A DNA stretch of 63,701 nt, filler included, from Thermoplasmatota archaeon (GTDB lineage: Archaea > Thermoplasmatota > E2 > JACPAO01 > JAHFTW01): assembly GCA_041623215.1 (NCBI GenBank). It is 4 parts of 4 records of this genome, joined end to end, with 100 filler letters (N's around TTAATTAATTAA, not from the genome) between each part and the next. Parts side by side here need not be neighbours in the genome. Positions count along the whole stretch, not along the records: positions 18,528 to 36,677 come from JBFJXH010000027.1; 3 more parts are not named here. The stretch is one strand, 5' to 3'. The notes beneath the pieces were generated by a model, which worked only from the letters and a program-made list of their open reading frames with translations, had not been told where the DNA came from and searched no databases. Numbering within the stretch: the first letter of the stretch is position 1; each line of letters begins with the position of its first letter. The translations under genes were made by a program, and so were the position numbers. Below, piece by piece: positions 18,987 through 28,203 of the stretch.

Positions 18987-19897
18987 CCCGAGACGTGCGC
19001 ACCGGCGTCCTCCTGGCTATCGCCGCCTACGCCGCCTGGGGCCTGCTGTCGCCCGTTGGCAAACTGTTGCTGGAGGACTTGACGCCGCTGTGGCTGAATG
19101 CGACGCGCATGGTCATCGCGACGCTGGTCTTGGTGCCCATCATCGGCATGGCGCGGGCGCGTGCTGGCCTGCGGTTGCTGCGGCGCCCCGAAATTCTCTT
19201 GTTGGCCCTAGTCGGCAATGGTGTGAGTTTCACGTTCTTCATTTGGTCCGTTGAGCGTCTACCGGCGACGTATGCCACCTTGGGATTCTACACGGCACCA
19301 CTGTGGACCGCCGTGCTGGCTCGATGGGTGCTGGGCGAGCAGATTGGCGGGGCCTTTGTGCCGGCCGTGGCGGCGCTGTTCATTGGGGCCTGGTTTGCGT
19401 TGGGCGGCGGCCCCGGTTTGTCCACCGTTGATCCGCTTGGCCTGGCGTTTGCTGTGGGTGCGGCCGTCACGTGGGCATGGTTCACAATCTTGCTTCGACG
19501 GCATGCGCCGGGTGTCGCGCTGCGGCCACTGATGATGGCCACCTTCGTTGCGGGGACCTTCTACTTCGTCGTGATGGCCTTGGTTCTAGAGCCACTGCCG
19601 GATTGGGGGGCCTTGCCTGCCGATGCCTGGCCGTGGCTCGGCTTGTTCGTGCTGGTGCCGAGCCTTGGAGCCCAAGTCCTGTTCAACGGCGCCTTACAGC
19701 GCGCCCCGGCAGCTGTTGTCAATGTGCTGGTGGGCGTGGAATTGGCAGCCACGGCGGTCTTCTCGGCGTGGCTGCTTGGAGACCGCTTCACGGGGTCCCA
19801 GTTGGCTGGCTTGGTCGTCGTCTTGGCCGCTGTTTCGGCCTATTTGTGGACGCGGGGTCGGGCCAGCACGAAGGTGGTCACGCAGGCTGCGTCCTGA
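18983..19897 (+). CDS. DMT/EamA-family transporter
   Basis: Two EamA repeats (P-x5-LA-x3-LGE; AV-x4-LLGD), about 10 TM; TTGA overlap with valS. Confidence 0.9.
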   Translation: MTRDVRTGVLLAIAAYAAWGLLSPVGKLLLEDLTPLWLNATRMVIATLVLVPIIGMARARAGLRLLRRPEILLLALVGNGVSFTFFIWSVERLPATYATLGFYTAPLWTAVLARWVLGEQIGGAFVPAVAALFIGAWFALGGGPGLSTVDPLGLAFAVGAAVTWAWFTILLRRHAPGVALRPLMMATFVAGTFYFVVMALVLEPLPDWGALPADAWPWLGLFVLVPSLGAQVLFNGALQRAPAAVVNVLVGVELAATAVFSAWLLGDRFTGSQLAGLVVVLAAVSAYLWTRGRASTKVVTQAAS

Positions 19898-20367
19898 ACA
19901 TCGTGGCGAAGGACGTTGAGGCCGAAGATTCCAGCGGCGGCCTCCCCTGCGATGGCACCGATGGAGGAGTCCTCCTGGGCCCGCTGGGCGGCCGTTGCCG
20001 AGTCACTGGCGGGCACGGCGGTCAAGCCCATGCTGGCCAGAGTGGATTCGCATTGTGCCAAGGCAGCCGGGTGGCCGTACACTACTTCCAAGGTGTTCGG
20101 GTCGGCATCGGGTCGCCCCAAGAGGTGGTGCCGGATGGCCATGCCGTGCCGCTCAAGCTCTTCCCATCCCTCGATGGCCGCCGCTGCATCGAGGATGTCG
20201 CCGGCGAGGTTGTTGTGGACCGGCAGCCAAACGGCGTCAGCGTCTCCGTTAGTGGCGGCTGCGGCGGCCTCCTCAAAGCTGCCACGCGAAACAATCGCAT
20301 CGGTATGGCCGGCGTCCATGAGGGCTTTGGCAGAGTGAGTTCCAAGGGCAAGCGTAGCGATGCGCAC
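19840..20367 (-). CDS. Stand-alone prephenate dehydratase-like domain (no ACT domain)
   Basis: GTHS, LPVHNNLAG, HPAALAQC, DSATAA, AIAGE-x-AA; start uncertain (GTG 20367). Confidence 0.75.
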   Translation of the reverse strand: MRIATLALGTHSAKALMDAGHTDAIVSRGSFEEAAAAATNGDADAVWLPVHNNLAGDILDAAAAIEGWEELERHGMAIRHHLLGRPDADPNTLEVVYGHPAALAQCESTLASMGLTAVPASDSATAAQRAQEDSSIGAIAGEAAAGIFGLNVLRHDVQDAACVTTFVLARPRVHK

Positions 20368-20426
20368 GCGCCGGCCAGTCGCGCACCCAAGAAAAGCATG
20401 AAGAGTCCGACTCGGCGTGGCGACGC

Positions 20427-21425
20427 GTGGCACCCGTCATCGTCGTTCGCGACTTGGAAAAGACCTACCGCGATGGTACGCAGGCCCTGCGGGGGGTGTC
20501 CTTCGTGGTTGAGCCGGGGGAAATCTTTGGCCTCTTGGGGCCCAACGGGGCCGGCAAGACCACCACGATGAAGGTATTGGGAACTCTGCATCACGCCACG
20601 TCGGGCACAGCCACCGTGTTGGACTTAGACCCCCGCAAGGATGCCGCGCGCTTGCGTCGGCGTATTGGGTTTGCTATGCAAGAGGTAGGCATGGACGAAT
20701 TGGCCACAGCGCGGGAGATGTTGATGCTGCATGCCAGACTGTACGGAATTTCTCGCTCCGAGGCACGCGACCGCGCCGACGAACTACTGGCGACCTTCGA
20801 TTTGGCGGCCCATGCTGAGCGCCGCGTGACCCGATTCAGCGGCGGTATGCAGCGACGCTTGGACCTGGCGGTGTCTCTCATCCATGAACCTGAGGTGCTC
20901 TTCCTTGACGAGCCTTCGACGGGCCTGGACCCGAAGAGTCGAAGTGACCTTTGGCAAATTTTGCGCCGGCTTCGCGATGACAAGGGTTTGACGATTGTCA
21001 TGAGCACCCACTACATGGAGGAGGCGGACGAGTTGTGCGACCGCATTGCCATCATTGATGCCGGCACGGTTGCAGCCATCGATACGCCCGAGAATCTCAA
21101 GCGAAGTGTTGGCAGCGACCGGCTGTTCTTTCGGCTGCAAGGAGCACTGACTGCTCACCAGCGCCAGCATCTTAGCGCGGTTTTCGGTACCAAGAATGCC
21201 GTCTTCCAGGATGGCACCCTGGAAGTTCGGGTGAAGGACGGCGGACGTAACCTCATGCCCGCGTTGCAGGTGCTACAGAAGGTCGGCGTGCGGGTGGCCT
21301 CCACCCGCGTGTTGACACCCACCTTGGATGATGCCTACCTGAAGTACACTGGGCAACGGTTGGCTGAGGCCGATGAAACGCCCCCTGGCGCGAAGATTGG
21401 CTCGGCCGGGGGTGTGGCAGCATGA
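20427..21425 (+). CDS. ABC transporter ATP-binding protein (DrrA-like)
   Basis: GPNGAGKTT, FSGGMQRR, LFLDEPSTGLDP, STHYMEEA. Confidence 0.95.
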   Translation: MAPVIVVRDLEKTYRDGTQALRGVSFVVEPGEIFGLLGPNGAGKTTTMKVLGTLHHATSGTATVLDLDPRKDAARLRRRIGFAMQEVGMDELATAREMLMLHARLYGISRSEARDRADELLATFDLAAHAERRVTRFSGGMQRRLDLAVSLIHEPEVLFLDEPSTGLDPKSRSDLWQILRRLRDDKGLTIVMSTHYMEEADELCDRIAIIDAGTVAAIDTPENLKRSVGSDRLFFRLQGALTAHQRQHLSAVFGTKNAVFQDGTLEVRVKDGGRNLMPALQVLQKVGVRVASTRVLTPTLDDAYLKYTGQRLAEADETPPGAKIGSAGGVAA

Positions 21426-22201
21426 GTCGAATCGGCAATTTCCTTCGCCTCTATGGTCGTAATTTACGCCAGATTCCGCGCATTCCTACCGTCCTGGTGT
21501 TTGGCATCATGATGCCCGTGATTCAGCTACTTTTGTTTGGTCAGATTTTCAGCGCCACCACGGACTTGCCGGGCCATCCGTATCAAGGCCAAAATTATGT
21601 CACGTACATTGCGCCCGCCATTGTGTTGCTGACCGCGTTCTTGGGCATGGCGAATGCCAGCGCCGCGCTCCTAGTGGACCTACGGTCTGGCTACTTTGAC
21701 AAGCTGCGCACAACGCCGGCCAGCCCTGGTGGCGTTGTCGTGGCACGACTGTTTGCTGAAATGACGCGAGTCGCGGCGCAGGCAGCCTTGATTTTGGGCA
21801 TAGCGTATCTCATGGGTGCCCGAATCGAAACCGGCGTCCTTGGCGGCCTCGCCATGGTCGTGTTGGCCGTGGTCTTTGCCGCGGCGACTTCGGGTCTTGC
21901 CGTGACCGCTTTGTCCATGAAAACCGGCAGCGACCAGGCAACCCAATCGGCCTTCCCGCTGTTCTTCATTTTCCTGTTCCTGTCCACAGCCTACATGCCG
22001 GAGCAATTGCTACCGGAGTGGTTGCAAGCGGTGATTCCCTTCAATCCCATTGACTACATGATTCAGGGTGCAAGATCACTCATGTTTGAATCCTGGTCGG
22101 ACGCAATTGTGGACCTGGCCATCGGAATGAGCATCGCCGGGGGCGTGGCCGCGCTGTTGGCACTCATGAATTGGCGCGTTTACCGTCGCATGGTGGATTG
22201 A
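21422..22201 (+). CDS. ABC-2 type transporter permease (DrrB-like)
   Basis: Six TM segments, GYFDKLRTTP, LPEWLQ-x4-FNP; ATGA overlap with the ATPase. Confidence 0.92.
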   Translation: MSRIGNFLRLYGRNLRQIPRIPTVLVFGIMMPVIQLLLFGQIFSATTDLPGHPYQGQNYVTYIAPAIVLLTAFLGMANASAALLVDLRSGYFDKLRTTPASPGGVVVARLFAEMTRVAAQAALILGIAYLMGARIETGVLGGLAMVVLAVVFAAATSGLAVTALSMKTGSDQATQSAFPLFFIFLFLSTAYMPEQLLPEWLQAVIPFNPIDYMIQGARSLMFESWSDAIVDLAIGMSIAGGVAALLALMNWRVYRRMVD

Positions 22202-22218
22202 CCGCGTGGCAACTCGTC

Positions 22219-22353
22219 TCAGGCAGCGGCAATTGCGGCCTTGATGAGCAAGGCCACCGCAATACCGAGACCCAGTGTTACGATGGTGGCCATCCCTTCC
22301 ACGAGCCGCCCTGCCGGACTCAATTGATGGGGGGCAGGCGTAACGCTGGGCAA
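22219..22353 (-). CDS. Possible small single-TM protein (about 44 aa)
   Basis: Manual translation (TTG)PSVTPAPHQLSPAGRLVEGMATIVTLGLGIAVALLIKAAIAAA; TTAA box upstream; start uncertain. Confidence 0.4.
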   Translation of the reverse strand: MPSVTPAPHQLSPAGRLVEGMATIVTLGLGIAVALLIKAAIAAA

Positions 22354-22481
22354 CAGGTTGCGTAACTTTTCCCCACCATGAAAGTTTTGTTAAGCCCTAT
22401 ACGCAATCATTTGACCAAGGCCGTTGGCGCATGGCCCGCCATTGGTTGCCTCTGCTCGTATTTCGACTAGGTTTTGTCGCC

Positions 22482-23999
22482 CTAAGCGTCGTCATCGCCG
22501 AAGAGCCGAGCCACCAACCAATCGGCGTCGAAGGGCTTCAGATCGGGGTAATCTTGCCCAACGCCAACAAAAAGCAGGGGCTTGTTGATGGTGTAGGCCA
22601 CGGACAAGGCGGCCCCCCCCTTGGCGTCCACGTCGGTTTTGGTTAGGATGGCGCCATCAATGTCCACGACGGTGTCAAACTTCCGCGCCTGCTCGACGGC
22701 ATCGTTGCCGGCTAGTGAGTCACCCACAAACACAACCATGGCGGGATTGGCCACTCGACGAATCTTGTCCATCTCGTCCATCAGATTGGTGTTGGTTTGC
22801 ATGCGGCCTGCGGTGTCGAGCAACACCACTTGCTTGCCGCGTGCGCGGGCGTGCTCAACGGCATCGTAAGCGACCGCAGCCGGGTCGGCGCCGTCGCCGT
22901 GGGCCACAACCTTGACCCCCAGCGTCTCGCCGTGCTGCTTGAGCTGCGCGATGGCGCCGGCCCGGAACGTGTCGCCAGCCGCCATCACGGGCGTGATGCC
23001 GCGTTGTTGCAGGCGCCAGGCAATCCGCGCAATGCTGGTCGTCTTGCCCGTCCCGTTGACGCCGACAAACATGACCACTACCGGCGCCTTACCGTCGGCA
23101 ATACGCTCGTCAACGAAGGCATCAAAGTCAACGGGATTCGTTTGCAGCACTCGGCGGACGGCTGTCCGAAGCACCTTCTCCACGATGGCCGCGGGGTTTC
23201 CGCCGCCCACGCTCAAGCTCAACAATTGGTCCTTCACGGACTCCTTGATGGCCTCGATGACCGGCAAAGCAACGTCAGATTCCAACAGGCCTACTTCCAA
23301 TTCCCACAGGATGTCCTCCAGCACATCCTCGTTGATGGTGAACCGGCCACTCGCCTTGGCTTCGGTTTTGACGACCGCTTCAACTTCCTTCTGGACCTCG
23401 ACAGCTTCCGCCATTTCGCGCGCCAAACGCGCTTCAATTTCGGCCTCCGACAATTGTTTTCGGCCTGTGATGACGGGCGGCACCGGCGTTGGTTTTGCTG
23501 CGGTCGCTGGCTGGGTTGCCGCAGAGGTGGCGGCCGAACGTGCAGGGGCAGCTTCGGGTTGCGGGGCCGCAGGCGTAGGCTCGGCCGGAGGCGCTGCGGG
23601 TGTGGGTGGGGTCGTAGGCTTGGGGGCCGGCGGCGCTGCGGGCGTCGCCGTTTCACGGTCCGTGGCGGGCGGTGCCTCGGTCCTCTCGGGGGCGGGCGCA
23701 ATCGTTTCGGCGGCCTGTGAGCTACTCGACGCGGGAGCCGCCTCTCGGGCGGGTGCAGGCACCTCGGGTTCGGGTGCCGGTGCAGGCGTGGCGGGGGGCG
23801 CGGGCGCTTCCACCGGTTCGTCGGTGGCCTGCGATGGTTCCGCGACGGGCGCGTCTGTGGTCGCCGTCGCCGCGCCGGCGTCGTCACTGCCCAGGCTGGC
23901 TGCCAGTTCGGCCTCAAGCTGCGCCTCCAATTGCTTCTCTAGCTCGTCCTCCAATTGCTCGGAGACGCCCTTGAGGCGGTCCTTGAGGCCCTTGAACAC
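22482..23999 (-). CDS. ftsY: Signal recognition particle receptor FtsY
   Basis: GVNGTGKTT, DTFRAGA, DTAGR, TKTD, GVGQDY; long Ala/Pro/Thr-rich N-terminal linker. Confidence 0.97.
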   Translation of the reverse strand: MFKGLKDRLKGVSEQLEDELEKQLEAQLEAELAASLGSDDAGAATATTDAPVAEPSQATDEPVEAPAPPATPAPAPEPEVPAPAREAAPASSSSQAAETIAPAPERTEAPPATDRETATPAAPPAPKPTTPPTPAAPPAEPTPAAPQPEAAPARSAATSAATQPATAAKPTPVPPVITGRKQLSEAEIEARLAREMAEAVEVQKEVEAVVKTEAKASGRFTINEDVLEDILWELEVGLLESDVALPVIEAIKESVKDQLLSLSVGGGNPAAIVEKVLRTAVRRVLQTNPVDFDAFVDERIADGKAPVVVMFVGVNGTGKTTSIARIAWRLQQRGITPVMAAGDTFRAGAIAQLKQHGETLGVKVVAHGDGADPAAVAYDAVEHARARGKQVVLLDTAGRMQTNTNLMDEMDKIRRVANPAMVVFVGDSLAGNDAVEQARKFDTVVDIDGAILTKTDVDAKGGAALSVAYTINKPLLFVGVGQDYPDLKPFDADWLVARLFGDDDA

Positions 24000-24116
24000 G
24001 AGCCGCGCGACTCCGCTCCTCCTGATAAGGCCCGCGCCGGCTCCTTCCTGTTGTACTCCTGGGCCGTTGCAGGTGCCTTGCCAGTCCTTATCAACGATGG
24101 GTGAGCATCGAATGCC

Positions 24117-25112
24117 GTGAAGGGGCCAGGAGCGGTACTGCTCCTGTTCATGGCAAGCATGGCAGGCTGCGTTGGACCAGCGCCAGCTGAAGACTCCGGC
24201 GAGGGCGCCGGCGTCCCTGAAAATCCGTTCCAGACCGACGAACCCGCCTGGCGCTGGGTCGTTGGAGCACCGCTTCCGTCCGCCCGTGCCGCGGCGGCCT
24301 GCGCCCTATCGGCCGGGGACGTTTGGAGCCTCGGCGGCATTGGCTCGCACGGCATCACGGAAAGCCGCGTTGACGTCTTTGATCCAGGACGGGGCACGTG
24401 GTCCGCGGACATTGCCTTGCCAACGCCGTTGCACCATGGCGCAGCAGTGGCCTACCAAGGTGAACTGTGGCACCTGGGCGGCTTCCGGGCCTTGAGCGGC
24501 AATGATGCCGACGCAACTGCATCTGCCTACCGGCTGCACAAGCTTGGCGTGTGGGTCCAGGCAGGCGACTTACCCGGCCCTCTGGCGGAAGCGACCGCCT
24601 TCCAAGCAGACGGCCGACTCTACCTGGCTGGCGGAACCGATGGCAACGACCGAAGCCGAGCCGTCTTACGGCTGGATGGGCTACTTGGGACGTGGATGAC
24701 GGTGGCATCGCTCGAGGAACCGCGCCTCGGCCCGGCGGTGTGGGCTGACGAAGCCACGGTCACTGTGGTGGGGGGAGCCCAGGGCAGCGGCGTCCAAGGA
24801 GAGCAATGGGATTTGCATGCCGGGACGGTGGCCCATGTAGCCGACTTGCCCGAACCGCGCGACCATGCGGCGCGCGCCGTCGTGGGTCAGCTGCTCGTTG
24901 TCGCGGGCGGAACGCACCCAGACGGAACGGTCACGGCCAGGGTTGACGTCCTCGACACGACCACCGGTGAATGGACCATGGCGCCGCCCTTGCCAGCTGG
25001 CTTGACGCAGGCATGCGCCGTAACTGCCGCCGAAGGAATCCACGTCTTGGGCGGACGCCACGACGCGGCGGGCTCGCCCGTCAGCGACCACTGGATTCTC
25101 GAGTGGTCCTAG
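24117..25112 (+). CDS. Kelch-repeat beta-propeller lipoprotein
   Basis: Lipobox MAGC; six repeats of hydrophobic-GG...W...LP (WSLGG, WHLGG, YLAGG, VVGG, VAGG, HVLGG). Confidence 0.88.
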   Translation: MKGPGAVLLLFMASMAGCVGPAPAEDSGEGAGVPENPFQTDEPAWRWVVGAPLPSARAAAACALSAGDVWSLGGIGSHGITESRVDVFDPGRGTWSADIALPTPLHHGAAVAYQGELWHLGGFRALSGNDADATASAYRLHKLGVWVQAGDLPGPLAEATAFQADGRLYLAGGTDGNDRSRAVLRLDGLLGTWMTVASLEEPRLGPAVWADEATVTVVGGAQGSGVQGEQWDLHAGTVAHVADLPEPRDHAARAVVGQLLVVAGGTHPDGTVTARVDVLDTTTGEWTMAPPLPAGLTQACAVTAAEGIHVLGGRHDAAGSPVSDHWILEWS

Positions 25113-25137
25113 TGGCGAACAGGGTCGGCTGATTGTA

Positions 25138-25208
25138 TGCGGATACCGGGATTTGAACCCGGGTAAGCAGCTTGGGAAGCTGCTGTCATACCACTAGACC
25201 ATATCCGC
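25138..25208 (-). tRNA. tRNA-Gly (CCC)
   Basis: Reverse complement GCGGATA/TATCCGC-A, GCAGC-TTCCCAA-GCTGC, CCGGG-TTCAAAT-CCCGG. Confidence 0.95.
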
Positions 25209-25224
25209 AAGGGGAAGGAATGGG

Positions 25225-25668
25225 TCAGGCGTGTTTGGCGGATTGGCCGCCTGCGCCTTGTTGTTGCGCCTGCATGAGTGTAGCCTGCAGGCCCCTCGCT
25301 TCGTGGACGAGGCGCTCCACTTCGTCGTGCACGGCTTCAGTGTCCTTGCGCAACTTGGCGCTGCGGTCTTCGAGGCGCTGGGTGGCGGAGGGCAGATCCT
25401 CGCCAACCGCATACCCTGAACCAATGGGTACCACCACGTGCTTACCAGCATGGACATCGGCGTGGGCGTGCACCCCCCCGCCAAGCGGCACGAGTGCCGG
25501 GGCAGAGGCGTCATCGTCTAGCGCGTCGAGCGCCGCACGGGCCTGCTCAATCTCAATGAGCGCCTCTTGCAAGGCCTGACTGCGGGTATCGAGCGCGCCG
25601 ATCCGCCGTTGCAAAACCTCCAGTCGCGCTTGCGCCTGGGCGGCACCTTGCATGGATGCTTCAGCCAT
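25225..25668 (-). CDS. pfdA: Prefoldin subunit alpha
   Basis: Coiled coils flanking LVPLGGGV...VVPIGSGY beta hairpins; conserved position after LX. Confidence 0.9.
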   Translation of the reverse strand: MAEASMQGAAQAQARLEVLQRRIGALDTRSQALQEALIEIEQARAALDALDDDASAPALVPLGGGVHAHADVHAGKHVVVPIGSGYAVGEDLPSATQRLEDRSAKLRKDTEAVHDEVERLVHEARGLQATLMQAQQQGAGGQSAKHA

Positions 25669-25679
25669 GGGCGAAGGCC

Positions 25680-25901
25680 TCAGGACTGCATCCGCTGCTT
25701 GGTGATGGGGTCAACGGCATCGCCGTCAACCGCCGTGACGCCCGTGATGGTCACTTGGCGGCGGGGCACGCCGTGGCGGCTGCCCAAATCGGTCAACGCC
25801 CGTTCGCGAGCGTCGTCTTCGGTCTCACCAATCATTTGGATGGTGAAGTGCTGGCGTTGTCGGCCCATTTGGAAGTCGCCTTCCACGTTGAACGCTTTCA
25901 T
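25680..25901 (-). CDS. rpl18a: 50S ribosomal protein eL20 (LX/L18Ae)
   Basis: MKAFNVEGDF...LGSRHGVPRRQVTI; ATGA overlap with eIF6. Confidence 0.92.
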   Translation of the reverse strand: MKAFNVEGDFQMGRQRQHFTIQMIGETEDDARERALTDLGSRHGVPRRQVTITGVTAVDGDAVDPITKQRMQS

Positions 25902-26593
25902 GGTGTCTCCTCGTGTTGGGTTGGGGGTTGGTGCAGGGTCTCTTCGATGCGACCCAATTCGATGCCGGTCGTGCGCGATCCGCACACGGCACCGTGCTGG
26001 TTGGCCGCCATGCCGGCGCCAACCATGCCGTGACCGTGATTGACGGTCCCGATGGTGGCTCGTGCATGCAAGGCCTCGGCTAAAAAGGAAAGTTCGGCCT
26101 CCGTGGCGCGAGGGTGGACAAGGACGCCCGCATCTGTAGCAACTGCGGCGGTGCCAACGGTGCCACGGCCATCAATACTAGCAGGCAAGAGCTCGACGCC
26201 CAAGGTATCCGACATGGCCGCCACTTGGTCGGCCGGCAAATCGGGGTGGTGGACGCCGCCCTTGTTGTTGACCAAGAGATTGTTGCCCGCCGCGTTGAGC
26301 CGTGAATCTGTCAGCCGGTGGACGGGCAAGCCGCTTGCCTCGCCGATGACTTCCACCTCGTCGTCCCGCGCCAAGTCCGCCACGACGATGCCATGCCGGT
26401 TGGCAGCCATGAGGCTGCCAATCAGGTGGTCACTGGCCACCGTCAGAACAATGGCTTCCAAGCCGAGGGCTGCCTCAAAGTCGGCAATATTTTGCTTGGT
26501 TAAGCCAGGGGGAAGGAAAAGATGGTTGCTGGTGGCGCGCGCGTAGACCCCGACATTGGGATTCCCGAACGGGTCAAGGCGGCGAAACACCAT
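25898..26593 (-). CDS. eif6: Translation initiation factor 6 (aIF6)
   Basis: GNPNVGVYA, LIGSL-x2-AN, AAGNNLLVNN, GTVNHG, TTGIELGRIE. Confidence 0.95.
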   Translation of the reverse strand: MVFRRLDPFGNPNVGVYARATSNHLFLPPGLTKQNIADFEAALGLEAIVLTVASDHLIGSLMAANRHGIVVADLARDDEVEVIGEASGLPVHRLTDSRLNAAGNNLLVNNKGGVHHPDLPADQVAAMSDTLGVELLPASIDGRGTVGTAAVATDAGVLVHPRATEAELSFLAEALHARATIGTVNHGHGMVGAGMAANQHGAVCGSRTTGIELGRIEETLHQPPTQHEETP

Positions 26594-26620
26594 GGAAGCT
26601 CAGACCGCGCAGAGGCGGGT

Positions 26621-27097
26621 CTATTCTTCCTCGCCGCCGGCGTCGGCGACGACCGTTTCAGCATCGCCTTCAGCCTCGTCCGAGACTTCGGGTTCGCCGT
26701 CCGTTTCGTCGTCGCCTTCGTCGCCTTCGAGACCTTCCAAGTCGTCCATGCCGGCCGGGGCCAGGATGGGCGTCTCGGCGGCAGCTTCCTGCCGCTTCTC
26801 GATGGCGCTGCGTTGGGATTCGCTAGCGTCGGCATCTGGCAAGGTTACTTCCACAACGCCGTCGTCGAAACGAACGGCGCGGACGCGAATCTTGCTCGGG
26901 ATGGTGAATTTGCCGCGGCTCCACAGGGCTTCGTTGACTTCGTTGTCAATCCAGACTTGACTGCCCTTCATGTGGCGTTCCATGAACGCGCGGACGTCGC
27001 GGATGGCCCGGTTGGCGCGCTTGGAGCGCGTGCCGTGCTTGGCCTTGCGTAGCGGGACAGTGTAGATGCGTTCCAGTTCGGTGCTCTTGTCAGCCAT
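26621..27097 (-). CDS. rpl31e: 50S ribosomal protein eL31 with long acidic C-terminal tail
   Basis: ERIYTVPLR, RANRAI-x2-VR-x-F-x2-RHMK, VNEALWSRG, PSKIRV. Confidence 0.95.
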   Translation of the reverse strand: MADKSTELERIYTVPLRKAKHGTRSKRANRAIRDVRAFMERHMKGSQVWIDNEVNEALWSRGKFTIPSKIRVRAVRFDDGVVEVTLPDADASESQRSAIEKRQEAAAETPILAPAGMDDLEGLEGDEGDDETDGEPEVSDEAEGDAETVVADAGGEEE

Positions 27098-27106
27098 GAG
27101 ATCGAC

Positions 27107-27262
27107 CTATTGCTTGAGGGTGCTGCGGCGCCATTGGCGTTGCTTCGGGTGTCGGCTGAAGCGGCGGCTGGTGCGGATCATGATCCACGCCGGCACACGG
27201 CGATTACTCTTACCGGCCCGCAGTAGGCGCATTTTCTTGGCGAGGGGCTTTTTGCTTGCCAT
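27107..27262 (-). CDS. rpl39e: 50S ribosomal protein eL39 (below ORF-track cutoff)
   Basis: Manual translation, 51 aa: MASKKPLAKKMRLLRAGKSNRRVPAWIMIRTSRRFSRHPKQRQWRRSTLKQ. Confidence 0.95.
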   Translation of the reverse strand: MASKKPLAKKMRLLRAGKSNRRVPAWIMIRTSRRFSRHPKQRQWRRSTLKQ

Positions 27263-27287
27263 GAGGTTTCCTCCCCTGTCGGGGTGT

Positions 27288-27638
27288 TTACTTGCGTGTG
27301 ATGTTGTAGTCGCGCGACGGTGGTGTGGCCTGCTGAAGGAGAGCCTTCAGTTCGGCGTCACCGAGACGCTTGGCGAGCCGACCTTGCTGGGCGAGGGCAA
27401 CCAGTTGCCTGGCCACCGCGTCACCCAAGTCGGGTCGACTCATGCGGATGCGTTGGAGGCGGTCACGCGCCTCCGTGTCCAAGACCTGGAGAAGGATGCG
27501 CTCAATGGCAGCCTCCTGTGCCGCGGCCTGTTCGGCTGCGGCGTCTTGAGCAGCTGCCGGGTCTTGGGCGGCAGCTGCTGCTTGTGCGGCCTGGAGTTCC
27601 CGCAACCGTCGCTGACGGATTGCCTCCAGGTCGTCCAT
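27288..27638 (-). CDS. PDCD5-family DNA-binding protein
   Basis: MDDLEAIRQRRLRELQ...LDTEARDRLQRIRMSRPD...ITRK; start reset to ATG 27638. Confidence 0.92.
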   Translation of the reverse strand: MDDLEAIRQRRLRELQAAQAAAAAQDPAAAQDAAAEQAAAQEAAIERILLQVLDTEARDRLQRIRMSRPDLGDAVARQLVALAQQGRLAKRLGDAELKALLQQATPPSRDYNITRK

Positions 27639-27646
27639 GTTGCTCC

Positions 27647-28099
27647 TTAGTACTTGGCCAAGGCCGGGATGTCCTTGACAATCCCTTCCTTGGCGGTGTG
27701 GGCGGCGTTGTCCATTAGGCTGCGGCCAGCGCCGGTTACGACGCGGCCTTGGGCCTGAATGTTCTGCACCAGGCCCGCGGCTTCCAGTTGCTGCAGCGCC
27801 TTGCGGGCGATGCTGCCGCTGCCGCTGACCGCCTTGTTCGGCTTGCTGCCGCGGTCGCGGAAGCCGCCGAAGTGGGCGCGCAGGCGTTCGGTTCCAATGG
27901 GGCCGTCCACGTACACCTTGCGAAGAACTGCGGCGACACGGGTGTGCCACCAGTCCTCTTCCACCGGAGGCTTCTCCGTGTGAATGCCGGTCTTTACGAA
28001 GGGGGCCCATTCGGGCGCTTCTACTTCCTTCATGTCCTTCAGCTTGGAAGCTGCGGTCGCAATCAGGGCATCTGCTGGTACATCATACACCGTGGTCAT
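27647..28099 (-). CDS. rps19e: 30S ribosomal protein eS19
   Basis: MTTVYDVPAD, PEWAPFVKTG, DWWHTR-x-AA-x-LRK, GSGSIARKALQQLE. Confidence 0.97.
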   Translation of the reverse strand: MTTVYDVPADALIATAASKLKDMKEVEAPEWAPFVKTGIHTEKPPVEEDWWHTRVAAVLRKVYVDGPIGTERLRAHFGGFRDRGSKPNKAVSGSGSIARKALQQLEAAGLVQNIQAQGRVVTGAGRSLMDNAAHTAKEGIVKDIPALAKY

Positions 28100-28203
28100 T
28101 GGGTTGCCTCCCAGGGTTGCAGGGCCGGCCGAGATGGGTGTCCTATAAGAGTGTATCCTGAATAGGAGCTTGCGCGGGGTGCCGCCCGCTTCCAAGAGGC
28201 AAG

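Noticed and set aside
22912..24120. Long antisense ORFs (also 34600-35781, 41008-42312, 51362-52573 and many others)
   Set aside because: Shadow frames of well-supported genes, expected in high-GC DNA; no motifs
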